From contig CAWBHS010000077.1 in NCBI GenBank assembly GCA_963788655.1, positions 1 through 57,727 on the forward strand: DNA of 57,727 bases, in the 5' to 3' direction. Each line of letters opens with the position of its first letter. The first letter of the stretch is position 1. Position numbers and translations under genes: made by a program. The notes beneath the pieces are model-generated. The model ran no database searches. It was not told the DNA's origin and worked only from the letters and a program-made list of their open reading frames with translations. Shown piece by piece: positions 51,787-57,727 of the stretch. This DNA comes from an uncultured Verrucomicrobiae bacterium. Lineage in GTDB: Bacteria > Verrucomicrobiota > Verrucomicrobiia > Limisphaerales > JAFGQR01.

Positions 51787-53948
51787 TCTTCTCCTCCAGC
51801 GATCATCGCCAGGTTCCGCACGCTTCTTGGCAAGGCGGGATAGCGCCACACCCAGTCGGTGCCACTGGCTGCGTCGTCTTGTTCATCCCATCCGACCGAG
51901 TACAAGACGAATTGTTCATCTTTTATGTGGCGGTAATTCAGGGATTGGCCGGTCATCAGATCGTGGGGAGTCCGATCGAGGAATTGGGGCACCAGTTGAT
52001 CCAGATCATCGGGGAAGTCACCGTAAGCGAGGCGATATCGTTCCAGGGCGCACGCGATGCGGGCCTGGTTAACGCCGGTTTGTTGCCGCGCGGTTACTTC
52101 GACGGCTTTCACATAATTGTGCCCATATCTACGAACCAGGGCGGCGACAGGCAGGTGAGTGTCTTGCGAAAACTTCCTAATGGCATTTGCCACCGATGAA
52201 TGGGGCGGGAGCACACGCTGGTACCGCAGATCCAGTTGCCCCAAGTTGTTCTGAATCGATTGGGCGTAACCGATTTGCATTTGTCGAATCCATCCTCGGG
52301 GTCCCCAGCGCAATGCCCAGGTCGCCCAATCGCACCACATTGGTCTAGTCTGGCCCAGGCGACCAAACGATTGCATCTGATCAAAATACATCGCGACCAA
52401 TTCCCGTTGCGGGGTGTGCTCGAACCACCAGTTGATGGCAGCTTGCTCGGCTTCGAATCCAGTGGCGCAATCAGCCAACAAGTCAAACGTAGCTAATTGT
52501 TCTTCGAACATGCGCAATTGTGAATCGTCCCAGCGTCGGGCGGCCAATCCTTCCCAAACCACCTGCAGATATAATCCAGTAGCGGCCACTTGCATCATGG
52601 CCGAGGTAAGGCTGGGCTGCCTTTTCAGCATGGTCGCCAGTCGATATAACACGGTGGCATCCTGAAAGGCCACACTGGAATTGTTCAAAGCGAGTTCGGC
52701 GCTGGCGTGCAAGGTCAAAGCTTGTATCACTTGGCCGTACCCCTTGAAGTAAAAATAGTGAGGATACTCCGTAAGCAAACCACGATAATCTGTGTCGATC
52801 CATGACTGGGGGCGTTCGCAGGCGGCGTATAAAGCACGGAATTCGTTGGTGAACTGGTTGAATGACTCGAGCACTTCAGGGGCAGAACGGGGTGCATGCG
52901 CGGGCATCACCTTATGCGCAGGAACAACTCTAAAGATGGCGGAGCCATGCTCAGCTTTTAAAGCAAGACCGTTATCCTCCAGCACTCGGTTAAAAGCATT
53001 TCGCGGGGTCGTATTTGTCAACTCAAGCGAGTAGCCAGCCGGTGAGACCAACTGCGACACTTCGGGATCAAAAATGAAAATGATGCCGGCTTGCTTCGCG
53101 ACGTGCCGAATCGCATCCATGACGGGGACCCCATCAATGATCACGGTTACTCTTTCGTCGGCGGCTGGAGGCAACGTCAGGGTGGCTATGTCCGCGGCTT
53201 CATGAGGCCACACCGGAGCGGGCGCTAAAGCACGAATGATTTGAAACTGACTGGGAGTCGGTGTCTTCATCAGTGCCAAACCGTAGTTGCCCAACACCGC
53301 TTTCAAGGCTTCACGGGCGGTAACGTTTTCGAAGCGAACAGATACGGGTACCTGGAGCAATGGCGTGCCTTCAAGGGTCATTGCATAGACACGATTGTCG
53401 AAGGAAACCTCGATATTGGCCTGCCGGGTCAGGTTGCGCAGTGCATCCACGAATGGAACGCTGTCAATCACGATCAGGGGCACGAACTCGTCGGATTCAT
53501 TCGCCGGCGCGGGTCGGCTCTGCCCTCTCCGGAAGTATTTTCGCCATTCCTCCAAATCCGTGGGCCGGCTCTTGCTCCAGGATCCGAGCAAATCTGCATC
53601 ACCTGGCTGAGTGATCCGAATGAGATTTTCAGTGGGCGATGTTCCTGGTGCTCGTGAAGAAAACGTAAACCAATCTCGGATCGGCGCGGCTTTGAGGAAA
53701 TTCTGTGCATCGGGAACCGGCGGCAAAACGAAGGCCTCGGGATCCAGGCGCTGGCCTTGAGCGACCAGGTCGCGTTTCAGGATTTGCCACGCCCGTTCAC
53801 TACGATAATTCTCCCATGTGTAGAAAAGAGCGAGCAAGCCAATGAACAGCACCAGGATCGCTCCAATTCGATAAGCCCAGCACCTTGGATTGCGCTGACG
53901 CTTTTCAGCCGCGCCGGACGCGGAACAACTCGTTTGGTAACCTTTCAT
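51783..53948 (-). CDS. Membrane-anchored protein with two STN-like domains and pseudopilin-like C-terminus
   Basis: N-terminal TM (FYTWENYR), two DxVPxxDAxRxxxxQAxI segments, and ACALERYRLAYGDFPDDLDQLVP...LYSVGWD. Confidence 0.7.
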   Translation of the reverse strand: MKGYQTSCSASGAAEKRQRNPRCWAYRIGAILVLFIGLLALFYTWENYRSERAWQILKRDLVAQGQRLDPEAFVLPPVPDAQNFLKAAPIRDWFTFSSRAPGTSPTENLIRITQPGDADLLGSWSKSRPTDLEEWRKYFRRGQSRPAPANESDEFVPLIVIDSVPFVDALRNLTRQANIEVSFDNRVYAMTLEGTPLLQVPVSVRFENVTAREALKAVLGNYGLALMKTPTPSQFQIIRALAPAPVWPHEAADIATLTLPPAADERVTVIIDGVPVMDAIRHVAKQAGIIFIFDPEVSQLVSPAGYSLELTNTTPRNAFNRVLEDNGLALKAEHGSAIFRVVPAHKVMPAHAPRSAPEVLESFNQFTNEFRALYAACERPQSWIDTDYRGLLTEYPHYFYFKGYGQVIQALTLHASAELALNNSSVAFQDATVLYRLATMLKRQPSLTSAMMQVAATGLYLQVVWEGLAARRWDDSQLRMFEEQLATFDLLADCATGFEAEQAAINWWFEHTPQRELVAMYFDQMQSFGRLGQTRPMWCDWATWALRWGPRGWIRQMQIGYAQSIQNNLGQLDLRYQRVLPPHSSVANAIRKFSQDTHLPVAALVRRYGHNYVKAVEVTARQQTGVNQARIACALERYRLAYGDFPDDLDQLVPQFLDRTPHDLMTGQSLNYRHIKDEQFVLYSVGWDEQDDAASGTDWVWRYPALPRSVRNLAMIAGGEE

Positions 53949-54012
53949 TATCAACCACTCGCTAAACGTAGTGCCTTGGTCTGAGCATACTGTGGTCCAT
54001 TCTGCGAAGCGT

Positions 54013-54711
54013 TCAGCCCGGCGTGGCAACGTCCCGGGCTCTTTGGATAATGGTGGCCAGTTTCCCCCAGCATTGGTCCATTTTGTCACCGTGACCAAAC
54101 GCCTTCATCATGGACTGGAGCAGTTCGACGTTATCCTCGCACTCGGCATCATAGGCCGCGGCCTCGGGTTCCCGGCTCATGGCTTCCAAGGTCGAGATGA
54201 CCCGCTGGTCAGCGTTCTCCTGGGTGATCAGCGCTTTGCAGGCCTCCAGTCGCACACGCCAATGGGGATGATCCAACATCTGAAACAATGCCATCCTGCC
54301 TTCCGCACTCCCCCGGGCACCCACTTCCAAACAGGCAAGCTGTGCCACTTGGCTTTCCGAATCGCGCAAGGCATGCAGATAGGCGCGGTTCACCACTGGT
54401 CCGGTAGTGGACATCATCAAAATTGCACAACTGAGACGAACACGCGGATCCGGCCCATGCTCCAAATAGTCCGCCAGGGATTCCGCGTAAGGCTGCATGT
54501 CCACCCCTTCCATTCGGAACGATGACAGGGCACCGCCCGCTCGACGGCGGACTTTTTCGTCCGGATACCGGAGCAATGCCAACAGGGTCTCGACTATCTC
54601 TTTCGGCGCTTGGGGACGTAACTTGCTGAGAGCAGCATATGTCTCCAGTCCGTCCTCATTTTGCAGAAGACCTACAATACGCTGAAAGGTTGGATAATCC
54701 GTCAGTCGCAT
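54013..54711 (-). CDS. HEAT-repeat protein (paralog of the HEAT halves of the two GNAT-HEAT fusions)
   Basis: DEKVRRRAGGAL, DPRVRLSCA and LDHPHWRVRLEAC. TAAATG junction with the upstream gene. Confidence 0.85.
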   Translation of the reverse strand: MRLTDYPTFQRIVGLLQNEDGLETYAALSKLRPQAPKEIVETLLALLRYPDEKVRRRAGGALSSFRMEGVDMQPYAESLADYLEHGPDPRVRLSCAILMMSTTGPVVNRAYLHALRDSESQVAQLACLEVGARGSAEGRMALFQMLDHPHWRVRLEACKALITQENADQRVISTLEAMSREPEAAAYDAECEDNVELLQSMMKAFGHGDKMDQCWGKLATIIQRARDVATPG

Positions 54712-55905
54712 TTAAGACTCGGGGTGGTTGGCAACTTCCCTGGCCTTGGCCAGGATGGAGGCCATTTTGCCGAAATCATCCATATCCGAATGGTCCTCTC
54801 CGCAGGCCAGGAACAAATCCTTTTTCAAGTCTCCGAAATCGTCCTCCCAAGCATCGTGCTCCACGGCTTCCGGTGTTTGGCACAAGGCTTCCAAGGTGGC
54901 CACGACTCGGTGATCAGCCGTTCTCTGGCGAATTAAGCGGATACAGGCAGTCAGCCGCACCTGCCAGGAAGGATGATCCAACAGACGCATCGCAGCAGCA
55001 GTGCCTTCCGCGCCGCCGCGTTCGACAACTTCGCAGCACGACCATTGAACCACTTTTGCGTCCGTGTCTTCCAGCGCTCGGAAGAAGGCGCGATCGACGG
55101 TCGGTGAATACACTCTCCCCAGCCCAAGCGCACAGCTCATTCGCACCACGGGATCCTCCCCATGTTCGAGATAGTGGGCTAGTTCGTCCGCCTTGAGTTC
55201 CACGTTGACCGGTTCCTCGTGCAGCATGGAATACATGGTCAACGAGCCGCCCGCCCGTCGGCGAATGGCTTGCTCCGGATCATTGAGGAGTGAAACAATG
55301 ATATCCAAAACTTCGCGAGGAGATTGCTCTTTCAGTAGATGCAATGCGTGCATTCGCGAAATTCCATCGTCGCATTGTAGACAGGTGAGCACGCGGTCGG
55401 TGAAAGATTGGTCGTCGGCAAACTCGATCTTTTGAAAGAGCTGATGTGCCATATCGACACCGGCAAGACTGGTTCCATCCGGTAGCGCAATGGCAGTCGG
55501 ACCGATTTCGGCATAGTCATGGGCGCAAAAGAACGGCACTGCGTTCAAGGGCACTTTCGCGTTAAGACGGGGTATGTCGGCTGACGAAGCTTCGCATTCC
55601 AGGAAGCAGAAAAGCAGCGAGCCGACTCCTCGACGAACGAAGTCGGGGTGCACGTAAACCGCCGGAATGGCCGCCGCCTGAAGGTCGATCTGTCCGTATC
55701 CAATGAGGCTATTCTGGAATTCGCACACGCAGACAATGGTATTTTGAATGTCCTGCTCGAAAGCGTTCGCCGGTCGATTGGTCCAATGAGCGATTTGTAC
55801 CTCAGTGTAGTGGTGAGAGCACAGGCCTCGGATGGAGGCTACGTAAACGTCGCGGAGCTTCTCGGCGTCGCCCAAGACTGCACCGCGTATGTTGGATCCT
55901 TTCAT
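54712..55905 (-). CDS. GNAT acetyltransferase (YafP-like) fused to HEAT repeats
   Basis: VYVHPDFVRRGVGSLL (motif A) and NAVPFF, then a HEAT domain. Confidence 0.85.
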   Translation of the reverse strand: MKGSNIRGAVLGDAEKLRDVYVASIRGLCSHHYTEVQIAHWTNRPANAFEQDIQNTIVCVCEFQNSLIGYGQIDLQAAAIPAVYVHPDFVRRGVGSLLFCFLECEASSADIPRLNAKVPLNAVPFFCAHDYAEIGPTAIALPDGTSLAGVDMAHQLFQKIEFADDQSFTDRVLTCLQCDDGISRMHALHLLKEQSPREVLDIIVSLLNDPEQAIRRRAGGSLTMYSMLHEEPVNVELKADELAHYLEHGEDPVVRMSCALGLGRVYSPTVDRAFFRALEDTDAKVVQWSCCEVVERGGAEGTAAAMRLLDHPSWQVRLTACIRLIRQRTADHRVVATLEALCQTPEAVEHDAWEDDFGDLKKDLFLACGEDHSDMDDFGKMASILAKAREVANHPES

Positions 55906-55906
55906 A

Positions 55907-56539
55907 TTATCTATTTTGGGGCACGTGAGTCAGCCTCCGCCGGAACCTCCGCCACAATCGCCGGATTACCCATCCGAGTATCAAGGGGACGACGACAATG
56001 GCACCCATGGCACCCCAGATTTCAAGGGGCAATGCAAACGTGTAACCGCCACCTGCCAATTGGCTTACCGCCTTGGCATCGGCCAATTCGACCCCCGGTT
56101 GAAGGCTCGTCAGCCCGTTGGGAAACACCACACGCCAGCGGTTATCGCGTTGGTAAAGATGAGCTCGAACCGGCGTTTCGACGGATGGGATGGGGTGGTT
56201 TCCACTGGGGGTCATGTATTCCATTGCGCTCTTGCGCGACTTGATCCGGAAACATCGCGCCACGATTGAGTTGTTCTCGAACTGCCCTTTCTCGATCTTC
56301 TCGACCTTTAGTGTCAGGTCAATCGCCCAATCATCATTGCCAAAGCCAGTCTCGATATGCGACCGCTCGGTTTTGACTTGAAGCTCCACGATTTCCCCCA
56401 CCACCACGAGCTCGGCTTCGGCAAGCAGTTGCGCGGGACTCCGGGGAGCCCGCTCAGCAAACAGGGTCGTCGCGAACAGCCAAAGCACGGTTATAATGAC
56501 CGGCTGAATGTCAACACGGATACCAGGCATCGTCTTCAT
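55907..56539 (-). CDS. Exported hypothetical protein with C-terminal TM anchor; paralog of 51109-51786
   Basis: Signal peptide ending TLFA, AELVVVGEI, ERSHIETGFGNDDWAIDLTL, EYMTPSGNHPIP and RRLWRRFRRR tail. Confidence 0.82.
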   Translation of the reverse strand: MKTMPGIRVDIQPVIITVLWLFATTLFAERAPRSPAQLLAEAELVVVGEIVELQVKTERSHIETGFGNDDWAIDLTLKVEKIEKGQFENNSIVARCFRIKSRKSAMEYMTPSGNHPIPSVETPVRAHLYQRDNRWRVVFPNGLTSLQPGVELADAKAVSQLAGGGYTFALPLEIWGAMGAIVVVPLILGWVIRRLWRRFRRRLTHVPQNR

Positions 56540-56728
56540 TCCGGCGCAATAAGTTCGCGAGACTGGAGCTGACTCGTGTTTCAGGCATTTAGGTTCAACG
56601 ATTGAAATCAAACGTATAAACGAGGTACTTCGGTCGGGATCGGAGAAGACAAAAAGCGCTCCAGATCAAAACTTCGACCCCAACATCCACAGCCGAGTAA
56701 GACCATAAAAATGGGATGTCCATAATCG

Positions 56729-57727
56729 TTAACTTTTCCCGTCTCCTCCATTACAGCAAGCAACTTGCCGGGCCTGCTCGAGGATGGCGGCCATTGTGCC
56801 CCATTGGTGAATTACGGCCTCAGCGTCACTGCTCAACAAACCCACGTCGTTATTAAAGTCTCTGAGTTGCTCATGAAAGGCGTCGTGCTCGGCGGCTTCG
56901 GGATCTTTGCTCATGGCTTCAAGGGTGGCCAGCACGCGTTGATCAGCAGCCTTCTGCTGGATCAAGGCGATGCACGTATTCAGGCGGACCTTCCAGGAGT
57001 CGTGGTGCAACAATCCCTGCAAGGCAGCAGTCCCTTCCGGGCCGCAGCGGAATCCGACTTCGGTGCAGGCCATTTGCACAATCTCTTCATCCGGGTCCTT
57101 CAGTGCTTGCAAGAACGCATGATCCACGACCGCTGAGCGCACGGGCAACAGCACGATCGCGCAATACAATCGAACTCGTGAGTCCTCACCACGGACGAGA
57201 TATGCCGCCAGCTCGTCAACTTTTTGCCCTACGTTCACGGGTTCCTCGCGCAGGATGGAAAACTGGGCCAACGCTATGCCAGCATGGCGTCGAACCTTCT
57301 CCACAGGATGTTCCAGATAACCAACGATGGCATCCAAGACTGCCTCCGGCGCCTCATTTTTGAGCTCTTGAAATGCTTTCGTGCGGGATCTCCAATCATC
57401 AAATTTCAGGCTGATGAGGACGCGATCGGCAATCGACTGATCTTCAGTATACTCGAGCGGTTGGAATACCTGGAGCTCCATTTTGACACCGGGCAACCGG
57501 GTGCCGTCACCCAATTCAATTTCCTCGGGCCCAATTTCGGTGAAGTCTCTGGCGCGAAAAAATTCCACGGCATTCAGCGTCGCCTTGACGGTTAGCCGGG
57601 GCACGTCCTTGCGGTAAGCCTTGCTCCGCAGCGAATCAAGCAGCATCGATCCCATCCCCTTGAGTGCGTAGTCCGGATGCACGTAAAGCCCCAGAATTCG
57701 GCCAGCTTTTAGGTCCAACTGTGCGAC
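56729..57727 (-). CDS. GNAT-HEAT fusion protein (5' end beyond the window)
   Basis: LYVHPDYALKGMGSMLL and NAVEFF. HEAT domain colinear with 54712-55905. Confidence 0.85.
   Translation of the reverse strand, partial: VAQLDLKAGRILGLYVHPDYALKGMGSMLLDSLRSKAYRKDVPRLTVKATLNAVEFFRARDFTEIGPEEIELGDGTRLPGVKMELQVFQPLEYTEDQSIADRVLISLKFDDWRSRTKAFQELKNEAPEAVLDAIVGYLEHPVEKVRRHAGIALAQFSILREEPVNVGQKVDELAAYLVRGEDSRVRLYCAIVLLPVRSAVVDHAFLQALKDPDEEIVQMACTEVGFRCGPEGTAALQGLLHHDSWKVRLNTCIALIQQKAADQRVLATLEAMSKDPEAAEHDAFHEQLRDFNNDVGLLSSDAEAVIHQWGTMAAILEQARQVACCNGGDGKS

Noticed and set aside
51109..57727. Integron cassette array
   Set aside because: Genes abut or overlap (0-1 nt gaps), leaving no room for attC sites, and no integrase is visible.

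Overview
GC-rich bacterial chromosomal window. Gene content suggests PVC superphylum, most likely Verrucomicrobiota (Pedosphaera/Limisphaera-like); this is inferred from the long-form GreA, HZS-alpha-like multiheme protein, STN/pseudopilin-like protein and lineage-typical repeats. It holds about 30 genes: a hybrid sensor kinase, Prc protease, alpha-2-macroglobulin, an ECF-sigma remnant, a sigma54-driven MCP, several secreted carbohydrate-active or beta-helix proteins, an MFS transporter, a TatT/P/QM (TPAT-type TRAP) transporter, a stand-alone DUF772-like protein, an SGNH-TPR protein, a Tat-exported isomerase, greA/rsmB, an octaheme HAO-family cytochrome with a four-His membrane partner, a 10-repeat PPC-like surface protein, a TMEM175 channel and a C25-like peptidase. 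The right end carries a co-oriented array of diverged GNAT-HEAT, HEAT-only and OB-fold-like membrane paralogs. Many genes, including rsmB, have single-base frameshifts that look like long-read consensus errors. Best leads: the GNAT-HEAT paralog array, the octaheme/membrane module, a ~240-nt candidate sRNA with its own terminator, a multi-hairpin switch-like leader before the kinase, and REP-like elements embedded in-frame in the macroglobulin gene. I recognised no rRNA, tRNA or CRISPR array. Family names come from motif recognition, not database searches.
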